64,000 nucleotides of DNA from Lentisphaeria bacterium (GTDB lineage: Bacteria > Verrucomicrobiota > Lentisphaeria > JABSQK01 > JAWLHB01), in NCBI GenBank assembly GCA_041690595.1, contig JAWLHB010000017.1:1-64000 (forward strand), read 5' to 3'. The DNA is not shown here. Below are more model-generated notes on this DNA. The model saw only the letters and a list, made by a program, of their open reading frames with translations. It was not told where the DNA came from and ran no database searches. Positions within the stretch are counted from its first letter, which is position 1.

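Overview
GC-rich bacterial window; the L28 sequence suggests the PVC superphylum, possibly Lentisphaerae-like (inference). The left ~15 kb is mostly housekeeping: a 94-bp tandem repeat array cut by the left edge, ATP-type 6-phosphofructokinase, a sugar ABC transporter, pdxS-pdxT, tRNA-Lys(UUU), rpmB, adk, purA, cdsA, a glycogen debranching enzyme and rsmI. The right ~50 kb is one minus-strand run. It starts with a giant surface-type protein of >13,400 aa that is still open at the right edge, built of roughly 110 BACON-like domains in strict A/B alternation and interrupted once by a nested jelly-roll/CBM5-12-like module. Next come a secreted kexin/furin-like S8 protease, a GT2, a WbaP-type initiating phosphoglycosyltransferase, a GT-C-like membrane glycosyltransferase and a lipoyl + E3-binding + FabG-like fusion. 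Best novelty candidates: (1) a ~165-180 aa domain I cannot name, present twice at the giant protein's C-terminus and once in the adjacent protease, suggesting a shared sorting, anchoring or assembly module; (2) the lipoyl-PSBD-ketoreductase fusion; (3) the giant protein + protease + glycosylation locus as a whole. All alignments and counts were made by eye; no database searches were run.
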